Shown here: in pieces, positions 10,287 through 18,618 of the stretch
How the letters are laid out: each line of letters begins with the position of its first letter
Numbering within the stretch: position 1 is the first letter of the stretch
Source: Dehalococcoidales bacterium
GTDB lineage: Bacteria > Chloroflexota > Dehalococcoidia > Dehalococcoidales > RBG-16-60-22
DNA: 44,849 bases
Direction: 5' to 3'
NCBI GenBank assembly: GCA_028712355.1
Contig: JAQTQH010000005.1
Coordinates: forward strand, 1 to 44,849
The notes under the pieces: generated by a model
What the model was told of the DNA's origin: nothing
Database searches by the model: none
The model's input: only the letters and a program-made list of their open reading frames with translations
Position numbers and translations under genes: made by a program

Positions 10287-10541
10287 ATGTCGGATAAGAA
10301 AGTAACCATTTACTCGACCCCGACCTGACCCTACTGCACCAAAGCGAAAGAGTATCTTTCGCAGAAGGGTATTGCCTATGAGGAATTCAATGTCGCCTCC
10401 GACCGGGCGAAAGCCAAGGAAATGATAGAAAAGACCAAGCAGATGATGGTACCTGTCATTTTTGTAGACGAGAAATTTATGGTCGGTTTCAATCCGATGA
10501 AAATCGACGAGTTGCTGGAAATAAAACCGAAGGCACAGTAA
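10287..10541 (+). CDS. Glutaredoxin-like selenoprotein (84 aa) with an in-frame TGA (10326..10328) read as selenocysteine in a UPYC redox motif
   Basis: Absent from the ORF track because of the internal TGA. GGAGG lies 6 nt upstream of the ATG. Translation: MSDKKVTIYSTPT-U-PYCTKAKEYLSQKGIAYEEFNVASDRAKAKEMIEKTKQMMVPVIFVDEKFMVGFNPMKIDELLEIKPKAQ. This is a full-length Grx/NrdH-like fold with U exactly at the first Cys of CPYC. The TAA stop overlaps the next gene's ATG (TAATG). Confidence 0.75.
10344..10362 (+). promoter_or_regulatory. Candidate bacterial SECIS hairpin
   Basis: GCGAAAGA-GUA-UCUUUCGC is an 8-bp stem starting 15 nt after the UGA, with G and U in the apical loop. A possible lower stem pairs ACC (10338-40) with GGU (10368-70). 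Confidence 0.55.
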
Positions 10542-11455
10542 TGTACGAATTGATGATAATCGGCGGGGGGCCCGCCGGGTTGTGCGCGGCGGTCTATGCC
10601 GCGCGTAAAAAGATAAATACCCTGCTCATCAGCACCGATATCGGCGGTCAGGTGAACTGGACGACCAAGATTGAAAACTATATGGGTTATCAGCTCATAG
10701 AGGGTCAGGAGTTGATTGATAAATTCCAGAAGCAGGTGATCCAGTTCCCCATCGATCAGAAAATCGGGGAAAAGGTGAATCGATTGGAATGGTCGGATGC
10801 TGGTTTTACCGCCCTCGGCGAGAGCGGGGCAAGATACCAGTCTAAGGTGGTAGTGCTGGCGACCGGTAAAAAGCCCCGTCGGTTGAATATTCCCGGTGAA
10901 ACGGAATTTACCGGCCGGGGCGTGACCTACTGTTCGATCTGTGACGGGCCGCTTTTCGCGGGACAGCGGGTGGTGGTAGTGGGAGGCGGTAATTCCGCAG
11001 CGGAAGCAGTGCTTGACATGGAGAAGATTGCCGGCCATATTGATCTCGTTTCACTCACGCCGCTCACCGCGGATCCGATACTCGTAGAACGAATGTCTGC
11101 CATGAAGAATCTGACCATCCATATTGAATATCGGTCGGAGAAGATTGAAGGCAAAGATTTCGCCGAGGCACTCGTTATTAAAAAATTGAAAGATAATACT
11201 GAAAAAAGGCTTGAGGCTGCTGGTGTCTTTATCGAAATAGGGGTTGAACCTAACTCTGATATGGTACGCGCCTTACTCAATCTCAACCGTTTCAACGAGG
11301 TGCCCGTCAGCTGTTTCTGTGAGACGACGGTGCCCGGGCTCTACGCCGCCGGAGATGTGACGGATGTGCCGGATAAACAGATTATCATCGCCGCCGGCGA
11401 AGGTGCTAAAGCTGCTTTGCAGGCGCACCGCTATCTCCAGAGGATGGACAAGTAA
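10541..11455 (+). CDS. Thioredoxin-reductase-like FAD/NAD(P)H disulfide oxidoreductase
   Basis: 304 aa. FAD motif is IIGGGPAGLCAAVYAA, the redox-active motif is CSICDG (the TrxR CxxC position), and the NAD(P)H motif is VVGGGNSAAEA. The C-terminal pattern is AAGDVTD. Confidence 0.85.
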   Translation: MYELMIIGGGPAGLCAAVYAARKKINTLLISTDIGGQVNWTTKIENYMGYQLIEGQELIDKFQKQVIQFPIDQKIGEKVNRLEWSDAGFTALGESGARYQSKVVVLATGKKPRRLNIPGETEFTGRGVTYCSICDGPLFAGQRVVVVGGGNSAAEAVLDMEKIAGHIDLVSLTPLTADPILVERMSAMKNLTIHIEYRSEKIEGKDFAEALVIKKLKDNTEKRLEAAGVFIEIGVEPNSDMVRALLNLNRFNEVPVSCFCETTVPGLYAAGDVTDVPDKQIIIAAGEGAKAALQAHRYLQRMDK

Positions 11456-11480
11456 TAATTTATTTACATGAGGAGAGAGC

Positions 11481-11999
11481 ATGGAAGATATTCATAAACT
11501 GATTGTGCAGATTATCGAAGAGCATAAAGCCGTTTTTGCCAAGATGAAGAACATGGAAGCAGTTGCCAATGATTATCAGGCAATCACCGGATTAGAAGCA
11601 TCCAAAGAATCATTCATGCCCGGCCGTCCCGACCAGAGGCAAGGACTGGAAGCGCTGCAGACAATGCTGGAAACTGTCAATACCGGACTGGGGGAGCATT
11701 TTAAGCGTGAGGAAACCGCCTTGCTGGCAGCTTTCGAAAAGTACGGCGACCGTGAACTGGCGACTTCATTGCACTCCCTGCTCCTTGAACATGAAGATTT
11801 AAAGGGTCGATTGGCTCTTTCCAAAAATCAGGTTGGTGAGCTTCTCGGCAGCGACCTGTCGCAGCATATCTGGGAATCTAAAGCGCACGATATGCGTGCT
11901 CACCTGAGCCATACGAGGAAATTGCTGGAAATACATGCTGCGATTGAACAGGAGCTTCTCAAAAAACTGGAGGCTATCATCAAAGCGAAAGAGAATTAG
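11481..11999 (+). CDS. Hemerythrin-like (HHE cation-binding) domain protein
   Basis: 172 aa, all-helical. Repeated H/E metal-ligand-like spacing is visible (EEH.., HFKREE, HSLLLEHED, HAAIEQE). The assignment rests on motif pattern only. Confidence 0.4.
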   Translation: MEDIHKLIVQIIEEHKAVFAKMKNMEAVANDYQAITGLEASKESFMPGRPDQRQGLEALQTMLETVNTGLGEHFKREETALLAAFEKYGDRELATSLHSLLLEHEDLKGRLALSKNQVGELLGSDLSQHIWESKAHDMRAHLSHTRKLLEIHAAIEQELLKKLEAIIKAKEN

Positions 12000-12015
12000 T
12001 ACCGGGGTATTCAAT

Positions 12016-12315
12016 ATGGCAAAACAGGTGAATCTCATCGTAAATGGTGATGCTGTCGAAATGAATCCCTTCGTGAGAACTTTCGTAGAGCAAGTGGTAA
12101 ATGGCGCGGTAGGGGCGTTACGGGGCACCGGACAGATTGACAATCTGGATCTGTCAATGACAAATGGACAGCAGGTCAATCTTACCTTGAATAATGCTCA
12201 GGTGCCACTGAGCCCCTTTGCCGGTAAAATAATTTATAGCACCATCGTGGGAATGGTAAGTTCGCTGAAAGATACCTGCGGTATCGAGAGTCTGAAAATA
12301 TTGATAAAGTGTTGA
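12016..12315 (+). CDS. Hypothetical protein (99 aa)
   Basis: ORF with the ATG at 12016, the first Met after the upstream gene's stop. I recognise no family. Confidence 0.4.
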   Translation: MAKQVNLIVNGDAVEMNPFVRTFVEQVVNGAVGALRGTGQIDNLDLSMTNGQQVNLTLNNAQVPLSPFAGKIIYSTIVGMVSSLKDTCGIESLKILIKC

Positions 12316-12319
12316 GAAA

Positions 12320-13045
12320 CTAGACCGCCGTCGGGCAGAGCTTGACCTTGCCCCAGACCCCGATTTTTTCATCTTTGATGATAACAACTCCGCTCAGCCC
12401 CGGGATTTTCCCGGCAAATTCGAGTGCCGGGTCAATGTCTTCCGTAGTTTGCACACGGTTGGCAATCGCAGTTGCCGAGGCATCCGCCAGTATCGTTGAT
12501 TTGGCAATCGTGACTACAGCATCCGCCTTGCCGAAATTTATCGAATGTCCCACCGTTCCCGAAGAAGTACAGACGCCAAGCGGAGTATCCGCGGCGCTGA
12601 TTTCTACCCCGATTTTACCGGTGAGCGGAGATTTGCCGGCATAAATCCCCACCACCCTGGTTTTGAGGCTCTTTAGAAAAATTTCGCCGCCGTTTTCCAC
12701 GATAATCTCCGGGGTAAATTCCAGCAGGTCGCGCCCGATAAATTCGGCGATGGCTCCGGAAACTGCGGTCATCGGCCCCACACCCACCTGTGATGCCGCT
12801 TCCATCATCCGGCGGGCAATTTGGGGCGTGTCATCGGTTATGGGAATCGGTTCCAGGGTGGTCAGGAAGAGGGGATTCCTGGCGATGTACGTTTCCAGAA
12901 ACCCCCGGTATTTTTCGACCAGCTTATATGCCTTGCGCTCCAGATTACTGGCGGCGCGGATATACAGGTCGGTTTCCCTGACCGCAACCGTGAATGTGAC
13001 CAGGTCTTTGCCGGATATCCAGTTACGGTAGATTTTGGGCGGCAT
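12320..13045 (-). CDS. UPF0280 / COG2122 ApbE-like protein (MA1715-type, sulfide assimilation associated)
   Basis: Sequence ..FTVAVRETDLYI..GVGPMTAVSGAIAEF..IVENGGEIF..SSGTVGHSINFGKADAVV. I chose the start at 13045 (MPPKIYRNW), 4 nt after the upstream stop. The tracked start at 13165 would overlap the upstream gene by 116 nt. Confidence 0.65.
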   Translation of the reverse strand: MPPKIYRNWISGKDLVTFTVAVRETDLYIRAASNLERKAYKLVEKYRGFLETYIARNPLFLTTLEPIPITDDTPQIARRMMEAASQVGVGPMTAVSGAIAEFIGRDLLEFTPEIIVENGGEIFLKSLKTRVVGIYAGKSPLTGKIGVEISAADTPLGVCTSSGTVGHSINFGKADAVVTIAKSTILADASATAIANRVQTTEDIDPALEFAGKIPGLSGVVIIKDEKIGVWGKVKLCPTAV

Positions 13046-13049
13046 GGTA

Positions 13050-13466
13050 CTAAAAGTGTACTTCCATCGCATGGGGCGGGCAGGCTTTAATACACAGCCC
13101 GCAGGCGACACACTTCTCATTATCGAAGATGACTTTCCGGCTGCCCGGTTCGATACAGAAGGCATTCGCCGGGCAGATGGTGACGCAGGCGCCGCACTGG
13201 GTGCAGCGATCTTCGTTGCGGATGATGTCCTGGCTCAATGATTGTATTTTGACGCCCGTCTTGACCAGGAAATTGATGCCCTTATCGTAGTCTTCCTGAG
13301 TGCCGGTAAGTTCGATGACCATCAAACCTTCCTGCTCCGGACCGATAGATGCTTTGAGGATATTAAACTCCAGGGCGTAGTCACGCGCCAGGTGCCAGAT
13401 GATGGGGCGGTCGATAGTCCGCCGGGGGAAATGTAGAACGATTCTCTTTGAAACAGCAGCCATCAT
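13050..13466 (-). CDS. NIL-domain / 2x[4Fe-4S] ferredoxin protein (MA1822-type)
   Basis: 138 aa. An N-terminal NIL-like domain is followed by CTQCGACVTICP and CVACGLCIKACP. Confidence 0.8.
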   Translation of the reverse strand: MMAAVSKRIVLHFPRRTIDRPIIWHLARDYALEFNILKASIGPEQEGLMVIELTGTQEDYDKGINFLVKTGVKIQSLSQDIIRNEDRCTQCGACVTICPANAFCIEPGSRKVIFDNEKCVACGLCIKACPPHAMEVHF

Positions 13467-13476
13467 CTCAACCTCC

Positions 13477-14685
13477 TCAATACTCCACCGGGCGTTCGTT
13501 GAGCGGTTTGAAGGTCACCTCGGAATCTACTCCCGGCAGCGGTGCCACCGATTCGGTCAGCAGGAAATCGCCTTTTTGGATCCATCCTTTAAGTATACCG
13601 GAGATTTCCACCGCCCGCGAGTAACTGGAAAGGGAGGCCGTGGGGACATTTTTTCCCTGTACTTTGATTGTGCCGCTTTTCAATTCGGCATAGCTGACTT
13701 CTCCCAGGATATCCGGTTTCATCTTGGGGTAGGCATCTGAATAATCGACCACCGCCGCGAATATCTCGCCATCGGTCGCAGCAGCGTGGCGTAAAACTTC
13801 CTCATCGAGAACGGGGATAGGTACGCCGATTCCCACACCGAGGCTGCAGCCATAGCCGAGCATGCTTGTGCCGACCAGCCAGTGCGGACTCATCTGTTTG
13901 AGGTCGCCGATGACTGCTAAGGTACCGGCGCCTCGCTTGGGTACACCGTTATCGCCGCGTAGTACATCCGGGTTATGCTGGGTGCCGTGCCAGGCAACAT
14001 AGCCGATGCCGCCGCCGAGGAAAATGCGGGTACCAATGCCGATAGTCCGGTAATAGGGGTCTTTTAAAAGCGGCGAAAGCTGTCCTGCCGAACTATAGGT
14101 AGCATTGCCCAGTCTCGGTTTGAGCATTCCCATGTAGGTATAAATCAGCTTATCCGAGAGGTTCACCGCGACATTATAGTTCTGATAGGCATTTCTGATG
14201 TTGAGCAGGGTTGCCTGGTTGAGGTCTTTAATATTAACCCAGGTATCCAGCTTCTTGCGCGGGTAACAATCGGTGCCGTAAGCCGTCGCCGAAAGCCTGA
14301 CGTCTTTGCCCGCTACCAGTTCTTCGATGACGTGACCGCCGCCGTAGTTGAACTCGCCGGGGCGAATACGGTTGCGGGGATCATCATCGGGCAGGGCGTT
14401 CGACCCGATAAAAAGATCGGCCGCTGCAAAACCGGGGTAAGCGAGCACGTCATTCAGGTAAGCCTTACCGCCACCCAGTTTAAGGCGCGGTTTGGTATGA
14501 CCGATATTCAGATAGGCACCGGAGGAACACATTACGCCGAAGGTGCCGGTAGTTACCACATCAACTTCTTGCGCAGCGCGGGTAATGCCTTTCGTCCGCG
14601 CGATATCTATTATTTCTTCCGCCGTCACGACGACGGCTTTACCTTCTTTTATCCTTTTATTAATTTCTGCAATTGTTTTAGCCAT
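13477..14685 (-). CDS. COG1900 / DUF39 homocysteine biosynthesis protein (MA1821-type, without CBS domains)
   Basis: 402 aa. The N-terminus KTIAEINKRIKEGKAVVVTAEE..VDVVTTGTFG is characteristic of DUF39. It sits immediately upstream of the NIL-ferredoxin gene. Confidence 0.75.
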   Translation of the reverse strand: MAKTIAEINKRIKEGKAVVVTAEEIIDIARTKGITRAAQEVDVVTTGTFGVMCSSGAYLNIGHTKPRLKLGGGKAYLNDVLAYPGFAAADLFIGSNALPDDDPRNRIRPGEFNYGGGHVIEELVAGKDVRLSATAYGTDCYPRKKLDTWVNIKDLNQATLLNIRNAYQNYNVAVNLSDKLIYTYMGMLKPRLGNATYSSAGQLSPLLKDPYYRTIGIGTRIFLGGGIGYVAWHGTQHNPDVLRGDNGVPKRGAGTLAVIGDLKQMSPHWLVGTSMLGYGCSLGVGIGVPIPVLDEEVLRHAAATDGEIFAAVVDYSDAYPKMKPDILGEVSYAELKSGTIKVQGKNVPTASLSSYSRAVEISGILKGWIQKGDFLLTESVAPLPGVDSEVTFKPLNERPVEY

Positions 14686-14883
14686 CGTAACACCTCAAAA
14701 ATCATATTCTCTCACGCCGGCCTTGTCAATTGCAGGCACATCAGATCAACATATTTAGGCTTAGTAATGTTGACTAATATAATCATAATTCTCCAGTATA
14801 ACAATAATTGGTTTTAACTTTCAAGCTAACCTTTTAGTTCGCATAGAGAAAATCATACTGCTATATTATAATAAGATATTCGT

Positions 14884-17244
14884 ATGGATAAGAAAAGTCT
14901 GGAAGTCTTGGAGTTTCCCAAGGTAAAAGAAATCCTGGCGGAATTCACCTCTTTTTCTGCCAGCCGGGAGCTTGCCCTCGAGCTTCAACCGTTGACCAGT
15001 TACGAGACGGTGGTGCGGCTTCTGAGGCAATCTGCAGAGGCGCGGCTGCTGCTGGAGCTTGAGCCGGGATTCACCATCGGTGGTGTCTTCGATATTCGCC
15101 CGCTGGCAGCGATGGCGGCGCGGGAAAAGATACTTGAGACGCTTGACCTGCTTCAGGTACAGCAAGTACTGATTGCGAGCCGGCACCTGCGCGGTAATCT
15201 CGCCAGAGTTGCTTCGGATTTTCCCATGCTGTGGGAGATTGCGCAGGGCATTACAGAACTCGGGCAGATTGAGCGCAACATCAGTCACTGCATCGGGCTT
15301 ACCGGTGAGGTGCTCGATACCGCTTCGCCGCAACTGGCAACCGTACGCCGCAAACTCAATGACATGAAACAGCAGCTCATGGAACGTCTGGAGGCGTTCA
15401 TGGGTTCAGCAAAAGGGCAGAAGGTAGTCCAGGAAGCCATCATTACCGAAAGGGAAGGACGATATGTTATCCCGGTCAAAGTGGAAGCCCGCCGTGAGGT
15501 TAAGGGTATCGTCCACGACGTCTCCAATACCGGTGCTACCGTCTTTGTGGAGCCGTGGGCGACTGTCGAACTGGGCAATACACTGCGTGAGCTTTCCCGT
15601 GAAGAGCAGCGGGAAATAGAGCGCATCCTGGGCAGTCTTTCCGGCGAAATCGGCGAGCATGAGGGAGAAATCGTACAGAGCATCACACGTATTGCGGAAC
15701 TGGACCTGGCGCTGGCGAAAGCACGCTACGCCCGGCGCTTCCGCGCCAGTGAACCTAAAGTTACCGAATTTGATGGTAATACCTCCGGCGGGATTATACG
15801 GCTGGCGGAGGCAAGGCATCCGCTCCTTGCCGATAAAGCGGTGCCGCTTTCAGTGGAAATCGGGAGGGAATTTTCGGCGCTGATTATCACCGGACCTAAT
15901 ACCGGCGGCAAGACGGTGGCTTTAAAAACGGTGGGGTTGCTCAGTTTGATGGTGCAGTCCGGCTTGCCTATTCCAGCGCTGCCGGAAAGCCAAATGCCCG
16001 TTTTCGATGGCATTTTCGCAGACATCGGTGACGAGCAAAGTATTGAGCAGACTCTATCCACGTTCAGCTGGCACATGAACAACATTGCCCGCATTATTAA
16101 TCATGCCTCGCGGAAAAGCCTGGTGCTTCTCGACGAATTAGGTACGAGCACCGACCCCGCTGAGGGCTCCGCACTGGCACGCTCACTGCTGATGTATTTC
16201 CTCGCGCGCGGGGCATTGATAGTCGCCACTACCCACTTCAGCGACCTCAAGGCTTTTGCCCATACGACCAGAGGGATGCAAAATGCCTCACTGGACTTTG
16301 ACCCGGTTACGCTGGCGCCGACTTACCATTTGGTGCTCGGCATCCCCGGCGGCAGCAATGCCCTGGCAACGGCGGCGCGGCTGGGTCTGCCTGCCGAGAT
16401 TATTGATAATGCCCGCAGCATGCTGGCGAAAGGTACCCAGGAATTTGAAACCCTGCTTGCCGACCTGATAACGGAGAAGCATAAGATGGAGGATTTGAGT
16501 GCAACTCTGGCGCAGGAAAAGGCCGAAATAGAAAAGCGCCTTAGCGAACTGGAAAATGAATTCAAGCGGGTCAAATCGGAGGAAAGGCGCATCGTTCTGG
16601 AGACCCGCGACCGCGTCGTAAGTGAAGCCGCCGAACTGCATAAAGCGCTGCACGACGCGGAAGCCGATTTGCGTAAAGAAAAGTCACGTGAGAGGGTTGC
16701 TGAAACGCGCAAGGTGCTGGCGGCAATCCAGAAGCAATTGCAGGGAACAACCTGGAAACCAGCTCCCGGCGAAGAGATGGCGGAAGAAGCTGCCGCCCGA
16801 ATCGATGTCGGTAATACGGTCTGGGTTAAAGAAGCTGGTATTCATGGCACCGTCCTCGCGGTCAATGAAGATAAGCGGCAGGTGGAAGTGCAAATCGGGG
16901 CGGCGAAAATACGACTCGGACTGGACGGCGTGGAAAAAACGGCACCGCCAGAGGCCAAGATGTCTCCGCATTATACCGTTATCCAGCGACCGTCCGGCAG
17001 GATAGTCGCCCGTGAACTCGACCTGCGCGGCAAGCGGGCGGAAGCGATTGAGATGGAACTGGATACCTATTTGAACGATGCCGCCGTCGCCGGTTTGGGT
17101 GAGGTGCGCATCGTGCATGGCTACGGCACCGGCGCCGCCCGTAAGACTGTCCGCGAGCGGCTGGCGGGGCATCAACTGGTCAAGTCATTCCGCCCCGGGG
17201 AACGTGGCGAGGGCGGTGACGGCGTTACGGTGGTCAGATTATAG
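14884..17244 (+). CDS. mutS2: Endonuclease MutS2 (MutS ATPase core plus C-terminal Smr domain)
   Basis: 786 aa. Walker A is GPNTGGKT and the DELGTSTDP motif is present. A long coiled coil follows, then the C-terminal Smr domain (LDLRGKRAEEA..VRIVHGYGTG). Confidence 0.93.
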   Translation: MDKKSLEVLEFPKVKEILAEFTSFSASRELALELQPLTSYETVVRLLRQSAEARLLLELEPGFTIGGVFDIRPLAAMAAREKILETLDLLQVQQVLIASRHLRGNLARVASDFPMLWEIAQGITELGQIERNISHCIGLTGEVLDTASPQLATVRRKLNDMKQQLMERLEAFMGSAKGQKVVQEAIITEREGRYVIPVKVEARREVKGIVHDVSNTGATVFVEPWATVELGNTLRELSREEQREIERILGSLSGEIGEHEGEIVQSITRIAELDLALAKARYARRFRASEPKVTEFDGNTSGGIIRLAEARHPLLADKAVPLSVEIGREFSALIITGPNTGGKTVALKTVGLLSLMVQSGLPIPALPESQMPVFDGIFADIGDEQSIEQTLSTFSWHMNNIARIINHASRKSLVLLDELGTSTDPAEGSALARSLLMYFLARGALIVATTHFSDLKAFAHTTRGMQNASLDFDPVTLAPTYHLVLGIPGGSNALATAARLGLPAEIIDNARSMLAKGTQEFETLLADLITEKHKMEDLSATLAQEKAEIEKRLSELENEFKRVKSEERRIVLETRDRVVSEAAELHKALHDAEADLRKEKSRERVAETRKVLAAIQKQLQGTTWKPAPGEEMAEEAAARIDVGNTVWVKEAGIHGTVLAVNEDKRQVEVQIGAAKIRLGLDGVEKTAPPEAKMSPHYTVIQRPSGRIVARELDLRGKRAEAIEMELDTYLNDAAVAGLGEVRIVHGYGTGAARKTVRERLAGHQLVKSFRPGERGEGGDGVTVVRL

Positions 17245-17263
17245 GTGAAAGGTAGGTTCAGCC

Positions 17264-18007
17264 ATGCTTGTAGCGAGAGATTTTGCCTTGACCCGCCATA
17301 AGATGCTGGCATACCTCGCGGCGTTGGCCGCGGATGACTCTTTTACAGCAACGCGCTACGTTCCCGCCGGAGCATTACTGCCGGGAATCAGAAAAATACT
17401 TGAGGACGCACCGGAACTCCTGTTGCCGGAAATATCAGAGCGAGTAATTGGTTCATTTAACGGCGCAGCGCTTTTCTGGGGTAACAGCAGGACATGCCTC
17501 GTCCTGCCGCCCTTTCCGATTGATAAAGCCGAATCTTCAAAAGGCTGCAATATTGCATCGCTGAACGTTCAACTAACCAGAGATTACAATATCGGTATAG
17601 TGCTTATCCGGCTGGGGGCTTACGCCATCGGACTCTGCCGCGGCGAAAACATTGTGAAAAGCAAAGTGGGGACGGGGCTGGTGCACGCCCGGCACCGTCA
17701 GGGCGGCTCTTCTTCTCACCGGTTTGAGCGCCACCGCAAGAAACAAATCGAATATTTCCTGACGAGGGTCTGCGAACACGTCAGGGAGATACTGGAATCG
17801 GAGGCAAAGACTATCGATTATTTTGTCTTCGGTGGTTCTAGCACGGCAATCCAGTTTTTGCAGGAACAATGTTCGTTTCTGGGGCAGTTTGAGAAACGCA
17901 GTCTGCTGCCTTTATTGACATTGCCGGAGCCACGGCAGGCGGTACTCGCCGAAGCCGTTGCGCGAGTCTGGTCGAGCCGGGTCATTGAATGGCGAACGGA
18001 AAACTAG
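17264..18007 (+). CDS. Vms1/VLRF1-like (eRF1-fold) putative peptidyl-tRNA hydrolase
   Basis: 247 aa, starting 20 nt after the mutS2 stop. The central segment IGIVLIRLGAYAIGLCRG..VHARHRQGGSSSHRFERHRKKQIEYF resembles the Vms1/ANKZF1 VLRF1 core (HRYTxRxKQGGSQS..RY). I recognised it from memory of that motif only. Confidence 0.45.
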   Translation: MLVARDFALTRHKMLAYLAALAADDSFTATRYVPAGALLPGIRKILEDAPELLLPEISERVIGSFNGAALFWGNSRTCLVLPPFPIDKAESSKGCNIASLNVQLTRDYNIGIVLIRLGAYAIGLCRGENIVKSKVGTGLVHARHRQGGSSSHRFERHRKKQIEYFLTRVCEHVREILESEAKTIDYFVFGGSSTAIQFLQEQCSFLGQFEKRSLLPLLTLPEPRQAVLAEAVARVWSSRVIEWRTEN

Positions 18008-18086
18008 CCGCGCCGCTTTACCCCGATTGTACAAAGAGACTTACCTTGCTATAATCCTAAAAGACCGAAAAGATAAAAGAACCGTA

Positions 18087-18518
18087 ATGAATTGTCCGAA
18101 CTGTAAGCATGACATGATTGTGGTGGAGTACCACCAGATAGAGTTAGACTACTGCCCTAACTGCCGCGGCGTCTGGTTTGATTCCGGGGAACTGGAGCTT
18201 TTCCTTACGGCGGGGAAGCTGGGCAATGCACGGGAAACGGTGGCGGGGATTCTTATCATGCCGGAGCGGGAAACGCCGCATGCTGTCAGGAAGTGCCCTG
18301 TCTGCCACCAAGGCATGAAAAGAGTGGGCATCGGACATCCCCAGGTACATCTTGATGTCTGCCGCGGGGGTGACGGACTCTGGTTTGATGGTGGCGAGAT
18401 ACATCAACTGGTCAAACAACTGACCGGGCAGCCTTCGGTTACGGCAGACGTCCAGCAAGGAATCGTTAGTTTTGTAAACGAAGTATTTCAAGCTGAGCCC
18501 CGCAGCAATGAGCATTAA
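18087..18518 (+). CDS. Zinc-ribbon (zf-TFIIB-like) domain protein, two repeats
   Basis: Two copies of CPxC..(L/V)D.C..C.G+WFD.GE (CPNCKH..DYCPNCRGVWFDSGELE; CPVCHQ..DVCRGGDGLWFDGGEI). The start is taken at the ATG at 18087. Confidence 0.6.
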   Translation: MNCPNCKHDMIVVEYHQIELDYCPNCRGVWFDSGELELFLTAGKLGNARETVAGILIMPERETPHAVRKCPVCHQGMKRVGIGHPQVHLDVCRGGDGLWFDGGEIHQLVKQLTGQPSVTADVQQGIVSFVNEVFQAEPRSNEH

Positions 18519-18618
18519 TTACGATGACCATGATTATTGGAATTATGGCCATTTTAATAGTGCTGGCTATTCTTATGGCTCTCCGATAGCTTTATAATTA
18601 TTTATTTAGGAGGTGTTT

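Noticed and set aside
10376-11038. A 220-aa minus-strand ORF.
   Set aside because: It is antisense to the well-supported TrxR-like gene and the Sec-Grx gene, and it has no recognisable motifs.
13046-13165. The tracked start of the UPF0280 ORF at 13165.
   Set aside because: It would overlap the NIL-ferredoxin gene by 116 nt with non-homologous sequence. Met41 at 13045 lies 4 nt after the upstream stop.
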